The position numbers were made by a program, and so were the translations under genes. From Podarcis vaucheri (lineage: Eukaryota), in assembly GCA_965113315.1 (NCBI GenBank), contig OZ220364.1: a DNA stretch of 64,000 nt. One strand, 5' to 3'. Shown here one piece after another: positions 13,880 through 29,200 of this stretch; positions within the stretch are counted from its first letter, which is position 1; every line of letters starts with the position of its first letter. Under the pieces are notes generated by a model. It had not been told where the DNA came from and did no database searches. It worked only from the letters and a program-made list of their open reading frames with translations.

Positions 13880-16800
13880 GTATGATGTTTCTATAGCTCA
13901 CTAAAGGGACTTTTTGGGAAGGCTGTAGAGCACCTTGTGGAACTTGCAAGCCCTGAATTTGTATACATACCAATACATTTAAAGCACATGACTTCCCCCA
14001 AAGAATTATGGGAACAGTAGTTCAGCCTAACAGCCACAACTCCAAACACTATAGTTCCCAGGATTCTTTGGGGTAAGTTGTATGCTTTAAATGTATGGGA
14101 TCTACACAGCCTGAAAAGAAGAATGACTTGATTAGAAACCAGGAGGACCATAGACCAGTGCTCCAGTCACTTCCATTGGTTTATCCTTCTTTCTCTTTCT
14201 ACTTCTGATGCTTGTATAACAAAATGTGACAAAAATAAAATGAAATGTGTGCTGTTGCTTATAGAGCCAAAAATGCCACCATCACACAAAAATGAGTTAT
14301 TTGGGGATTACCCAAGGTTTACTAAAAGCTTTTCAAAAGAAAAAGCCTTAAGGGGCAGGAAACCACCCAAAGGGCTAATGACAGCTAAGTATGGTAGTTA
14401 CAGAACGCTGACTGTTGGGTGGGGGAAATAGATTGAAAACTCGGTGGAGGGGGTCTGGTATGGAGCATCATGGAGGAGGGTGTGACTGGCTGGCTGGCTA
14501 GCTGGCTGACACAATGAACAACAGCACTCCATGCTGCAACATTTTGTCATGGATCCCACTAGTCTCCCTTAAAAGAAAAAAAACCCTCAATGCATGTTCT
14601 TGTCACAGAGAACACGCATCAGACAAGATATTTCCCTTCTAATGTCATTCTACTTAGGGTTGCAGCGAATGTGTGGTGCTGGTAGTGGAGGGCATTGCAT
14701 GTTCCCTTTGTAACAAAACCTTCTTTCCCTTGGAATACTGGCATTAAAGGGGCTTTAGATGAACCCTGTCCTTGATATGCAAGCTTTCCTTAGGCAAGGA
14801 CTTTTTCCATGGACAAAGATGTGAGACTCCCTTCTGCAGTCACAAGTGAATCAGACCTCAAAGGACTATATTATGTGCATATGAACTGTACCTTTGAAGT
14901 GGCTCACAGTCATGTACACCAACCCTGAAAATGGAGGGTGCTGTGCGCTTTTGCTTCTACCACTTTAGAGATTTTAATCTTTGGGTTTTAGCCAGTTCCT
15001 TCCACCAATTATGTCAGAAGGCCTGTGGGAGGGCTTCAAGTCTGCAGCCTCCCCTCCCAAGCCCTGCTGAACTCCTGGCCTGAACCGAAAGGGGCAGGAA
15101 GAGCTAGAGGTTGTGCTTTGCACATGAGTAGTTTAGCGGTAGGTAGGGCAGTCCCACCTCCTTCATTGCCTCCTTTAGCCTCCACATCTGCCCAAATGTT
15201 ACAGATGTGGAATTTGGTCCCTTCTGTCTCTGAAGGAGACACCTGCTGGCTAACAGTCATGTTCTTGCAAGAAGAGGCATGCCCAAGATAGGACGGGGTA
15301 TTTTTGACCTCCCAGTTCTTCCATTGCTGGGCCACAGTGCAATTTGAAGACCAAACTTCCCTCTCAGACATGCCTTTTTCCACTTTTCCCTCACAGATGC
15401 TCAAGTTCGACTGCAAAGTCCTTGCTGTTGAAGTTCTTCCCCATCCTGAAATGGCTACCCCGGTACCCAGTCAAGGATTGGCTGCTAGGGGACATCATCT
15501 CAGGATTCAGTGTAGGAATCATGCATCTCCCTCAGGGTAAGCTTTCAGGGAGCCAGTTGTCAACCTTGTACTCCACAAGGCCATTAATGACAGCCCTGAC
15601 TGTCATCCATTTCTTCCCCTGTTCTTGGAGAGCAAAGAGCCTCCTTGAGGTTTTGTGGCCCTTCTGTGTTTCAGTCTTAAGTGGACAGGTCCTTGTCTGT
15701 GTACCTGGCATAGGTGTGCCATTGACACCAGATTAACTGCTATATTGTGCTGAACTTTCACAAACATTGGAGGAGCTGCCAGATACCAAAACACTACTGG
15801 ACAGGGAACCCAAATGAAAACATGCTTCCGATTTAAGTTACTGTTGGAAATACGGCCTTGAGGACCTTGGGGAAAACAAAGCTTTGGCTAAAAAAGCTAG
15901 ATGAGGAGAAGGGGATGTAGGTGAAGGGTGCAGTCTGGAATTTAGTGAGACAGACTCGTATTTATCAACCTTGTTGCATTTCTATCCCACCTTTTTCTCC
16001 AAGGTGGCGTGTATGGGTCCCACCCCTCATTTAAACCCCACCACAATCTTGTGAGGTAGGTGCGGGTGAGGGTCAGCGACCGGCCCAAGGCCCCCCAGTG
16101 AGCTTTGTGGCTGAATGGGGGATTTGAACCCTGCTTCTCCCAGACTCCTAGTCTGACACTGTAACCACTAAGCCATGCTGGGAAATAGCAGGAGGCCATG
16201 TAAGTTGCCTGCATACACAGGCTTGGTGGGTGGATAAAACTACAGCACGCCTGAGTGGGACGCCTGGGATACAATGGAGCCTGCATTCTAAGCAAAGGTA
16301 CCAAGCATTGGCTGCGTATTAACACCCGCCTTTATTTTGCCCAGGTTTGGCCTATGCGCTTCTAGCAGGGCTGCCTCCCGTCATCGGCTTGTATTCAGCC
16401 TTCTATCCCGTCCTGCTGTATTTCTTCTTTGGGACCTCCAGGCACATCTCTGTGGGTGAGCAGGGGATGCTGGGGGAAGAGGCCTTCTGGGATCTGCGTA
16501 GGAGTTCAGTTTTTATTGAAAGACTACAGTAAAAGCAAAGCAGAGAGGAAAAATAGAAAAGGGAAAGCGTGGGGGGGAAGGTGTAAGAAGAAGAAGATGG
16601 AAGAGAAGAGGAAAATATAGGAAAATACAAAACCCTCTATCTAGGTTATAGCTTTATTCTTCATCCACACCAAGGGAGGCAAGACATCCCAACATCTCAC
16701 CTGGGGGCTTCCCTCTCTCCCCCAGCCTCCTAATCTGGGAAATCCTCTCTGCCCTGCCTCTCATCTTCCATCCACCACAGAACATAAATATAGATAAGAG

Positions 16801-17183
16801 TTAACGAAAAAGAACAGTGTTTAAAAATCATAGAGAGAAAAAAGATTTTTAAAAGAGATAAGAAGAGAAATTTTAAAAAAGGAAATAATGACTTTTGATT
16901 TTCCACTTGGCACTTTTGTATACACATCTTCAAATTAATTTAAGTTGGCTCAATTGCCTCTTGCCCTGCTTCACAAGACTCATTTGCTATCTCGAACCAG
17001 GTGACTGGTGAGGTGTAAGGGGACAAGCCCTCTTTGTTCAAAAAGGGCCTTCTCGGTAGTGGCACCTGCCCTGTGGAACACCCTCCCATCAGATGTCAAA
17101 GAAATAAACAAGTATCTGACTTTTAAAAGACATCTGAAGTCAGCCCTGTTTTGGGAAGTTTTTAATGTTTGATGGTTTATCGC

Positions 17184-17216
<33 letters not shown>

Positions 17217-20200
17217 TGTTATCATCATCATCAAAATACTCTTAAAGGCAGGAAGCTGGGATCTTCTTCCTCTGGCCCTAAATTGTGATCCTTTGGCACC
17301 CAATGCAAATCCTGCCATCTTGGTGATGTGGATGGATAAGCAAAGCCAACTGAGCTTGTGACAAAAGAGGACTGGATTCTTGTGGGGATGCAAGGTTGGA
17401 CAGGTAGCTGATCTCTTGGCCCAAGCCTCTATCTCCTCCTCACAGGCCCATTTGCTATCATCTCTGTGATGATCGGGAGTGTGACAGATTCACTGGAACC
17501 AAGCGGAAAGTACATGGAGACGGTTAATGGTTCGAATGTCACCATTGTCAATGAGACTCTGAGGGATGCTGCCAGAGTGGAACTGGTGGGTGCACTCGCC
17601 TTCTTGGTCGGCATATTTCAGGTGAGTGATGGGACCCAAAAGTGTGCATGTTCTCTCTCAACAATAACAAAGGAGGCAGGAATGAATGAATCTGTCAATT
17701 ATGTCTCAGTTCATCATTTTTACAGCCTTAAGCTCAGTCCAGCCCATTTCCCCATTAGATTGTGATTATTGTTAAGTACTTAAGTACTTAAGTACTTAAG
17801 TACTTAATTCGTTCCGGAGGTCCGTTCTTAACCTGAAAATGTTCTTAACCTGAAGCACCACTTTAGCTAATGGGGCCTCCTGCTGCTGCCGTGCCGCCGG
17901 AGCACAATTTCTGTTCTCATCCTGAAGCAAAGTTCTTAACCCGAGGTAATATTTCTGGGTTAGTGGAGTCTGTAACCTGAAGCGTATTTAACCTGAAGCG
18001 TATGTAACCCAAGGTACCACTGTAAATATATTTTATAAGTTCACACACAAGGTTGTGTACATTTCCATGCATATTTCTTCTAATATGTTTGGTTTTGTTT
18101 GTAATTTTCCCTAATATAATGCACTTTTTCTAGTCTAGCAACATTGTCTAGCTCATTGTCTACCCCTGTTCTAAAGTCTCAGGTTTTTCTCCTGCAACCT
18201 GACAGGCTTTTAAATAAGCCTATATGTTTGGCCCCATCTCACAGGGACAGAATTGGTTGATCTTATGTTCTGTTTTCTGTTCTGGGTCTCTGGCAAGTCC
18301 TAGCAGGCTTCATAGCAAGATACCTCTGCGATACACCCCCAGATCTACTTTGTCCCACAGGGAGATTTCTGGATGGGAGTTGTGTGTGAGAGACAACATG
18401 AGGATCTTATTCCCCCTGCTTTCTGTTTTTTAGATTGCCCTTGGTCTGCTTCAGTTTGGGTTTGTGGCCACCTACCTTTCTGAGCCCTTGGTGCGGGGCT
18501 ACACCACAGCGGCCTCTATCCAAGTGCTAATCTCCCAGCTGAAGTACGTCTTTGGGGTGACTGTGGAGGAGTATGCAGGGCCCTTGTCAATAATCTATGT
18601 AAGTACAGTTGGGCCCGGGAAAGGGCAGGTTTAGGCTAGAGAGGAGTTGGTGGAGGAGTTTGAAATCTTTTGGAGCTGGAAGCTATCTTAGCAACATGCT
18701 AGATGTAAAGTCAACATTAAAGTAAAGGTAAAGGGACCCCTGACCAGTAGGTCCAGTCGTGGCCGACTCTGGGGTTGTGGTGCTCATCTCGCTTTACTGG
18801 CCGAGAGAGCCGGATTACAGCTTCCGGGTCATGTGGCCAGCATGACTAAGCCGCTTCTGGCGAACCAGAGCACCGCACGGAAATGCTGTTTACCTTCCCG
18901 CCGGAGCGGTACCTATTTATCTACGGAGGCTATTAATATGCATGTTTGTTTGTTGTTGTTTGTTGGGCAGGTTTACCAAACAGCAGCCAGACTGTAGCAT
19001 TAGAAAAGGAGAGTTAAACCCTCCTCCCCACTTGCTGTGAGGTCCAAACAATAATAGTCTCCAGTGCTTTTTTCTGGGGGGATACAAGGGTACGCATACA
19101 CCCCTAAACGTTTTGTGGATCTTTGTACTTTTGTTCATTTACTATATTTATTTTAAACTATAAAATGGTGATTTTCTTGAGTCAAAATGGGAGTACCCTT
19201 AAACATTTTTTTAGAAAAAAAAGCACTGATCGTCTCCCTGAGGCTGCTACTTGCATTGGGAGGGAAACCCCCAAGGGTGCCAATGACTCCTGCCCTTTCT
19301 TAACCATGTTCCACATGACATTTTTATACATGCTTGTTCCTCTAGCTTGTGTGAATGAACTCATCCTCTCATGCCACAGAGAGGTTCAGAAAACACAATC
19401 TAAACCCCCGGAAGCCACATGAGGGAAGACAGTGGCCTCCTCCTGATGTTGCAGGGCTGCATTTGCTGGGACAAGGACGGAGCAGGGCGAGGGAGGGTGA
19501 GGTCAGGAGAGCAGCAGGTTGGCCTCCACTGCCCTGGAGCTGCCCCACCCTCAGAGCCACCTTGCTCTGCCCACCCCATCATGGCAAGTGCAGTGCCACA
19601 GCTTCCAGGAGGATGCCAGTGCCTTCCCTTGTGTGGCTTCCAGGGATTCAGATTGTGTTTTCTGAATCACTAGGTATGTCTGGCAGGTGTAATAAATCCC
19701 AATATAAAGATTCCATGCTATTTTAAGCGCACACAAATTCATACATGCCAAATGCACCTGTTTCCCATTTTCTGGTATGCAGCTTTGGTAAATCACTACC
19801 CCAGTTATATCGCCGCTTTGCCTCTTTTAGGGGGATTTTGGATGCTTGATTTTATTTTACTTTTTGAAAACGTTATTGGTGTGAGCATACATACTGAGGA
19901 AGAGCTCCCCTCACCCCACCATCACCACCAGCTCCCCTAAAAAGACTGTAAATGTTTCTGAAAACGTTTGTGGCGCAGTGGTTCTATAAAAGGCACACTT
20001 AGATTCACTGTGAGATTAAAAATTCTTAAGCCTTGAAGGAAGGAAGCTGTTGTGGTCTGTTTGCTAATAAATAGCTTTGCTTCCATAGTCATGGCAGGAC
20101 AGCCTATTTCTGAGAAAATGAATTTGCTGCCAAGGAGTGTGGTGGAGTCTCCTACTTTGGAGGTCTTTAAGCAGAGGCTTGACAACCATATGTCAGGAGT

Positions 20201-23200
20201 GCTCTGATGGTGTTTCCTGCTTGGCAGGGGGTTGGACTCGATGGCCCTTGTGGTCTCTTCCAACTCTATGATTCTATGATTCTATGATTCTATAATACAA
20301 CAGTCAGAGAAGAACCAAGGAAGTCCAGAGAGGGGTGAGGCAGAGAGGGCTCCTCCACAATTCTGCTTGTCCAGCACCCAGAAAGTTCAGGTCCAAGCAA
20401 TTTTCTGCTTGTCCTGAGCTTCCTTGGCACGGGTCTGAGCAGTTTTGCTTTGTCCCACAGCTTTCCCCTGAGAAACATGATCTTTACTGCTGAATCGAAA
20501 CAAATGGCAATCTATGGATTGGTCTGATTCAGCAGTAAACCGCAGGTTTTCGTGGGGGGAAGTGGCAGTAGGGAGGTGAGGTGTGGACAAGGCCTTGGTA
20601 TCGGAATGGAGGTAAAACGTGAAACATCCCTATTTTCACCTCCGGAATGTTGCCGCTGTCAGCAGATTGCCACTGACAATGGTTTCAAAGTGTGCCCACA
20701 ACAGAGAAAGTCTCATGGAAACGTAATTTACAGCAAAGATCAAGTGAGGGTTGAGGAGAATCGCTTCACTTTAAGGGACAAGTGTCGGCTCCTTTGTTTT
20801 CTTTTGTCTGCAGTCCTTTAATACTCCTCCTTTCTGCCCCAATGGACCCACAGGAAGGCATATAAAAGATTTTAGAATACTAAAACCGTTCCTCTGTTGG
20901 CTTTTATGCATGCCACGCTACGAAGAACAACCGCCATTGAGCGTGGCTCTTTTTATTGTTGTTGCTTAGTGTTTTTCCTTGCAAATATACCGTATATTTT
21001 TATTCTTTAAAGATGGGATCTAAACAACAAACAATCATTCAAATCAATTGAAATATAAGGACAAACCAAGAAAGCAGCATTAAAAATGGAAACCCGCCAC
21101 AATAAAAGAGATCAGCATGTCTGTATCAAAGGAGAGTCATTCACAAACCATAGTGTTACCAGCCACCCCAATCGCTGCTGAGCATTAGCAAAATTACAGG
21201 GGTCTTGACACTAAGCCATGGTTTTTGGCACAGCAGAAATGGTGGTATCTTTAAGAAATATGGTTTGTTTACACATATTTATCCCCGAGTTAAGGTGAAG
21301 GGGGCGCAGAACATTACACTGCATTGGGGTCTCTGGTTGCTCCTCTCACGTTTCCTCCGTGCTCACACTTTCACAATTACTTCCCCTGCTTTGTGCCTCC
21401 CCTACAGACCTTTTTGGAAGTTTGCTCAAAATTGCCAAATACCAATGTGGGCACCTTGGTCACTTCTCTGGTCGCCATGGTTTCGATCCTGCTTGTGAAG
21501 CTGCTCAATGACAAAATTGGCAAGAAGCTTCCGATCCCAATCCCCATCGAGCTTCTCACGGTAATTTATTCTCTGTATTTCTAGGATTTCTACCCTGTCC
21601 CTCTATTTAAAAAAATAAATAAATAGCATGGTGGGCTCACAAACAGTAAATTAGCAAGAAACAACAATGTAGTAGCCATTAAATCATCCTTAGACCTCTC
21701 CCCGCAAAATGAATGGGATTTATTTAATCATATTTAACAATTATAAGGAAGACTAACAAACTAAAATAATAAAGTGGCAGGAGCTAAGTTCTTATTAAAA
21801 AGCAGTATTTTAATAAGGACCACTGAAATGAAAGCACTTTTTGCTGCTTAGCCAGAAGTGAGTAACAAAAGGGCCAGGCATATCTCGCTTCAGAGGTGGC
21901 TCTAGGTTTGGGGGCTGCAACCGAAAAGACTGTGTCTGAAGTAGCTGCGCCTAACCTGGTACCCTCCAGATGTTTTGGACTACAACTCCCAACAGCCTCA
22001 GCCTGCTGATGAGAGTGGGAGTCCAAAACATCTGGAGGGTACCAGGTTTTAGGGGGGGTCCAAAACGCCTACCTGCTCTGCATCCAGCGGTTGAGCAACC
22101 CAGGGAATCTTCTGTAATGGAAGATGACAACCTGAAGCCATGCTACTGAACCTTTAACATGGAGTTCTTCTCTGGAATTGACTCTGCAGTGCTTTCTCTG
22201 CACAGTCCAGGTTAGTTAAATGGGCAAAATTGTCTTGATCTCCCCCATAATTTGGGAGGCTCTACTCAGTAGTTTTGATTGTGTTTGCATAGACAGCAAT
22301 TATCCATTATGGAAAGTCAAGGCAGACTAGTCTAGTGTAGATCAGCTTCATTCTACAAACATAGGTGTAGCTGGAGGGGGCAGGGGGGCAGCTGCCCCCC
22401 TTGATCAAGTAAAACAATAGAAATGCTTAACTAACTGACCAACCAACTAATCTGACCCCCCTAACAAAAGTCCTGCCTCCCCTAACAAATATGCTACAAA
22501 CATTTAGCTTTCACTAGACAGGAGCATCCCATCTACCTCTGGGTGGGAATTGCTCATATTTACTCATGGGTCTGCCAATAGGAGTTGACTTGTGACCTTT
22601 GGAAATCAGAAACGAGAAGCAGAAGAGGTGACAGTTCTTAAGATCATTCATATTTGTACAAAATCAGAATACTGCACAGGCAAATCACACTGGTCTTATA
22701 TATACAGTATATACATATATTTCTTCTGGATTCCTCACGTTTGCACAAACTCAGAAAAATGCACAGGCAGATTTACCACTGCCTGACGGTGATTTTGCAC
22801 ACTTATTGGGTGGGGATTTTTTTTTTTAAAGGCATGCACACAGCTACCTGCACAAATGTCCTGTTGGTTTCTACTAGGCATAATAGAATCAACAAATTAG
22901 AAGGCAAGGACAAACACAAAAGGGAATGGCTACAGGCATGAATGAGAAAGATCAAAGTTGATCCTTTGAATCCTTTGATTTGAATTTGAATTCAAATGCA
23001 TGTGAGTGTGGACTACTCTGGTCGAATTTGAATGGGGGGAAAGTGGATGAACATATAAACAATGCTCAGATGTGGCCAAGTCCTTCCTCTCACCCTGCCA
23101 CCTGTTTTCAGATTATTATATCCACAGTGATCTCCTACTTTGCCAAGCTGAATGACAATTTTGGGATTAGCATCGTGGGTGAAATCCCCAGCGGGTGAGT

Positions 23201-26200
23201 CACTCTGGCTGCTTCCCATAACCACCTTAGGACATGCAATTTTTCTCTTCCTGGGTGTTGATGGGGAGATGAAGCTCTCTTGCTAGCTCTGCTGTTTTCA
23301 GAAGTTTAGGTGGTAGTGTCCTGGGAGAGGGAATTTGGAGTCTCTCCTGACAGAGAGATCCATCTTCACTTTATAGCTACAATTGATTGCTAAAGATGCA
23401 CCTGTTTTCCCTGGCCTTTGACAGCTGGAAAATATTTTTTAGACCTACTCCAATACTGTAATTTATGGTACTGTCGTTTTAAATATTTGTTGGTTTTCTT
23501 GTTTGTTTTAAGAGGATATTAATTTTGTAACCCACTCAGGGACCTCATGGTGAAAATGTATAATAAGGGTTCATCCACACTTTCACTTGATCATATTGTG
23601 CACTGGTTAATTTATCTGGGTCTGAGAGCTTGCAAAAAGCTGTTATTACCCATTTTGGCTCACATAGTTTGAAATCAAACCATGCAGGCACAGACATGGG
23701 CCTCAAAGTGCTTTGGAAGGGGCTTCACAAGAGGTGACAATTGGCGATGGCTTCAATCCACTGATCAGTGGCACCTGCAAAACACAATCTGGCTGAGCTA
23801 AACCTTTTCCTGCCCCACTCCTGACGCCAAATATATGACATTAGATGCAAGGCCAAAATGACCTCTCGGGCCAGATGGGGGAGGCCGGTTAGCCCATGAC
23901 CCAGAGGTTCCTCACCCCTGGGCCCAAGGAAACTAAACTGAGCTCCCTTTCCTGCCCCCTCAACCCACACGCATCTCCAGGTAGAGAAGAATTGCTCAGG
24001 GAGGCATTAAGCTCTTCCTCACTCGCCTTGCCTTGTGTTGTCTGTGGACCAGAAGTGCCTCACTGCGTCTGTGTTTCCTTATTGCAGGATGAGACCCCCT
24101 CAGGCCCCCAAAGTACACTATTTTGACAAGGTGGTAGGAAATGCCTTTGCCATCGCAATGGTTAGCTACGTTATTGCTATCTCGCTCGGCAAGATCTTTG
24201 CTCTCAAGCATGGCTACAAAGTGGACAGCAACCAGGTAAGGAGGCTCTGGCCGTTATCTGGCTCCCTGGTTTTCATTACTTTCACCTTTACCCTGTCGCT
24301 GCTTTGTGTTCTCTGCCTTTGCTTCTGTTATGTATTTCCTGGAGAGGGGTGGAGGAAGCGGGCACTGTAGAGCTGTGAAGAACGGTGGAGACTCGGTGGT
24401 GAGAGCGCTTCAGGAGAACCTTCTTCCTGAGGGTTTGCTGAGTACAGGTGTTGCTTCACATGTGTCTTATCTTGCATTTTCAGGATATGATTATCAGGAA
24501 TTCATGACTAAGGTAATAAGCTGAAACTGATTTATGACCAGCATTCTGCTGAGTCAGTATGAGTCAGTACAACTGATCAGTTCAGCCGGTGAAGTAATGC
24601 GGTTTTGAGCGATTGGATCATTGGACTTCCTTTGTGTTGGCTAGGATTATTGCATTACTTACTTGCATTGCTTACTTTACTTACTTCAGACTTACGCTGT
24701 TGCTTACATTACTTGCTTCAGACACAAAGTTTCATTTATTATGGACTGGCTTTTCTTTCTGTCTTGTCCTACACTGGTCTTCAACTGGCAGGTTAGGACC
24801 CGCTAATGGGTCGCAGCCTGATCCTAGGTGGGCTGCAGCAGGAGACATACCACCATGCAAATATATGGCAAATGATTAAGAAATGGGTCTCCTAATGTAT
24901 GTTTGGGTTGAAAGTGAGGCCTGAGTCTCGCTGAGCTTGAAAACTACTGTTGTGCTACAATATTGTTATTGCATTTGCATGACACATTTTCTTTGTGTCA
25001 GATTTGGATTGATCTGTAGGTGCTTCCTTCTGGATGAAGTTGGGCTCCCTGACCCATCTTATCATCTGTTTTAATTTACCGTTGGATAGTTGAGTACTTA
25101 TGATACAAGTGGGTCTTCAGTTTGGGGAAAATCCATATATTCTGCCTGTCAGTCCCAGGTTGGCCAGTTATACACCACCAAAGGTGAGGAAACCAAAGAA
25201 AAGACCAAACAGGCCGCAGGTGTGCATAAAATTTGCAGATCTTAAACTATATGCATAGATGCACACTTAGAAATGATTGTATTAATTTTGAACAGAAATG
25301 CAGCATATCCCATGACCTGTGTGCCTGCTCAGTCTCCGGTCCGGATGCTGTTGACGGGCATCTTCAAGGCCTGTGTTTGGTCCTTGATCTTTTTTCTTTT
25401 TTCTTTTTTTAAGTGTAATGCCTCATATATATTTTTTCCATATAAAATTTTTACAATTCTGTTTCATTTGTTGAGACATTAGGGGGAGAAGAAAAAGGGG
25501 GGGCAAAGAAAGGGGATGGAGGAAGGGAAGATGGATGGGGGTGGGGTCGGGTGGCGATGTTTCTATTATGCTTAATGTATGTAGGGTTTGGTGTCAGCGT
25601 TGCTTGTGTTGTTCACTTGTGTTCCTTTGGTGGTGAGAGAGGTTGGGGTTGGCCTAGGGTGTGATTGTTTGTTTGTGATTGGCTGTGGTGATCTTTGTTT
25701 TCGTGTGTGAGTGGGGTGGGTGGGTGTTTTGGATCAGGTTAGCCATATTGATTTGTATGCTGTTGGTGGATTATTGTCATTGTCTTGTTGAGCTGTGTAT
25801 GTGATAAAGGGGAACCATACCGGGGTGAAGGTGTCTTCTTCTGTTAGTCCCCGTGTCAGTTTCAGTTTATTGGTTAATTTTTCTAGTAGGGCTGTTTCCC
25901 ATACTATTTGGTACCATTGGTCCATGCTTACTCCTGACAGGTCTCTCCAGGGTCTGGTTATGGTGTTTCTGGCTGCTTAAAGTAGGTGGGTTATGAGTTC
26001 TTTGTGGTGTAAATGGGCATTGTTGTCTTGGAAGATGTTTAGTAGGGCCAATTCTGGGGTGATTGTTCCTTGATCTTTAAATTGGCTTTGGGCCAGGCAG
26101 CCCTTCAAAGAGCAGGCTGCACAATAGGAGCATCCTAGTTGATCCTTATGAGTGTCAAGCCCTGTGTAATGGGAAACTGGACCACAGAGCCACGCAGACT

Positions 26201-29200
26201 CTCAGCCCTTCTCCATGGTTTGTCTCTTGCAGGAGCTGATAGCCCTGGGGTTCAGTAACTTCGTGGGCAGTTTTTTCCAATGTTACAGCATCAGCTGCTC
26301 CATGTCCCGCTCCCTTGTGCAGGAGAGCACTGGAGGCAACAGCCAGGTACGTCCCCAATGTAAGATGTCATCTTTTTTTCTGGTAGGAGCAGGTAGCAGT
26401 TTCTAAATCTAGCTGTTGAGCATTGGAGCCAGGGTTGCAGAGAGAGCTCACTTGGAGCTAATGGAACTGCATCCTGGGCTAAGTTAGGTAACTAGGATTT
26501 GCCTTCCCTCTCTTGCATCAAATGCCTAGTTCAAATCTCCCTCTCCCTGCCATTATTTTCACAGAACATAGAGCACAAATGATGTGCTGAGGATGGTTTG
26601 GCTATCCATTCACAGGGAACCGTATCAAGTCTGAGGGCAAGGCATGAGCCTAGGGGTGCCTCCAGACCATGGGTAGGCAAACTAAGGCCCGGGGGCCAGA
26701 TGTGGCCCAATTGCCTTCTAAATCCAGCCCGCGCATGGTCAGCGTGTTTTTACATGAGCGGAATGTGTCCTTTTCTTTAAAATGTATCTCTGGGTTATTT
26801 GTGGGGCCTGCCTGGTGTTTTTACAGGAGCTGAATGTGTGCTTTTATTTAAAATGCATCTCTGGGTTATTTGTGGGGCATAGGAATTCGTTCATATTGTC
26901 CGGCCCCCTATAAGGTCTGAGGGACAGTGAACTGGCCCCCTGCTGAAAAAGTTTGCTGACCGCTGCAGAAGAGTGTCAAGTGTTTTTCAGGAGGGATTTG
27001 AGCACCTTCTGGGAAACATGGCTTTGCACAACTAAAGTGGGTTAAAGTGCTCTCTCACTCCAGTGCAACAAAGCCCCCCCTTTAAAAAAAAGAAGAAAAA
27101 AAGGAAGCAGTCTTTTTCCAAATTGGAAAAGCAAGGGGGAAATGCACTGGATGAATGATTCATGGGAACGGGGTATAAACACCCTGCAAGCAAATCAGGA
27201 TGAATGCTCAGTAAAGACCAGGAATAGTCTAACCTCCATGTCAGCCTTGTGCAATCCAATCAGGAGGAATGTTGGATAAGTCTGGAGGAGCTCTAGGCTT
27301 TTCACAAGGAAAATGAATGGAATGTCGTCAGTAGTTTAAGAAAGGGAGGGTGAATGTGTGTGCATCGGGGGGGGGGGGTTGCCCTTTTCTACTCCAACCA
27401 GGCTTGCACTTATTCATCTCTATGCTCTCCTCTGCAGGTGGCTTCCCTGGTCTCCTGTCTCATCCTCCTAGTGACCATCTTGAAGATTGGGGAACTTTTT
27501 GAACAGCTGCCCAAGGTACTTTAAACAAACTTGGTGCTCTCAGTCTTTGGCTACAATCCTAAACACGCGGGAGTAAGCTCAACAGGACTTACTTCTGTGT
27601 AAACATGCACAGGAGTATACTGTTTGTTTCATTTTACCTGTTGGTGGGATTAACTATTGGGGCAGGGGGTGTCTTTATATGTGCCAGTGCCATATGTATC
27701 TAGCTTGTGAAAGACAGCAGCAGCAGAGAGGCACATAGAATATTGAAGAAAACTATCATTTAAGCACAAGACTAAACAGCCGCATCTCCCTTTGAAGACT
27801 TCACAACTATGCGATAAAAGTCTCTTTAAACTGAGACTTTTCTGTTGTTTTCTGTGTTGTGGGTGTTATGATACTGCCGATTCTCTATAATATCTTTGCA
27901 ATTTCCTTGTTCCTCAGGCCATTTTAGCTTCCATCATTATTGTCAACCTGAAGGGCATGTTCAAGCAGTTTAGAGATATCCGTATGCTTTGGAGATCCAA
28001 CGTTACTGACCTGGTAAGGAAGAAAAGAGGAGCTCTATAGAAATAAGAGGAAGCCTGGTTCAACTGCTAGCCTGCTGTGGCCCTGCTTTGACGCTGCTGC
28101 GCCACACAATCAGCACAATCGCACAGTGCAGTTCTTGCTAAACTCCAGAACAGCAAACCAGATGTCTCTCTAGCAGACACCTGGAAAAATATGTGAAACC
28201 AAACTGGTCCTCCCTAACTAAAATGCACAGGGTTGCATGTTTGAATGCTTCCCCTAAGGAGTGGGGGTTTGGGGAATCTCTGCACATAGAACCCTTGAGT
28301 CATGAAGGAATCTCAGTGCTAGAATTTTTATCCCCAACATTCTAGTTTTCTATGTGCCAGAATGTTGCTGTTGTTGTTGTTTTACCCAAAAATGAAAAGT
28401 AGGGGCAGCATTCAAATATGTATTTCCTGCAGATCTCGCTAGCAAATAATTTGTATTTATTGAAGTATTTTCCAGACCCCTGCTGTGTGTCTGGCTTCGT
28501 TACCCCAGTGACTGTTTTGCCTGCTGCTCCTGGCACATGGCAGTGGCATAAATGTTGGCAACTGCAGCCGAGAGGCTTGGGCTTGTTGCAAACTTTGCAG
28601 TGAAGTGCAGAAAGCTCAGCTTACATGATCAAAGCGACAGCCTTCACGAAGGCTACCATGCGTCCCACGGTGCATCCAGGATCCACGCTTCCTTGCACCT
28701 TCTGGTACATGCAGGAACAACGCATCCCTGGATGATTCCATGCATGCTCTTTAAAGTTGCTGGCTTAAAGCTATTGTTTTAGCTCTGCTTTAGTTTTTAG
28801 GCTATCTTTCATATTTTGTTTGCATTGCACTATTTTATGCTGCCTTGTGTACTTCAGTAAAGAGACAGGGGTATAAATATAACAATAATGCCTAGGAGCA
28901 TCCAGGGGCTCCACAGTAGCCTGCACAATGTATATTAGCCACCCTCCGCCACCCACTGGATAACTCTGCAGTTGCCATGGAGGCAATAGACCTCTGTGTC
29001 ATTGCCTTGAAGCTTCTGAACAGTCCCAATGGCTTGGTGCAACAGGGAACAGTTGTAGATCAGGACAGACAGTTGCATAATTCAGCAAGTTTTCCTTAAG
29101 TCTTCTGTTGATATTTGGGGGCAATTGTACTTACACTTTCTCTATTGTTTCTCTCTCTCCCCCTCCCATGCTCTGCAGCTGATCTGGGTTGTAACCTTTA

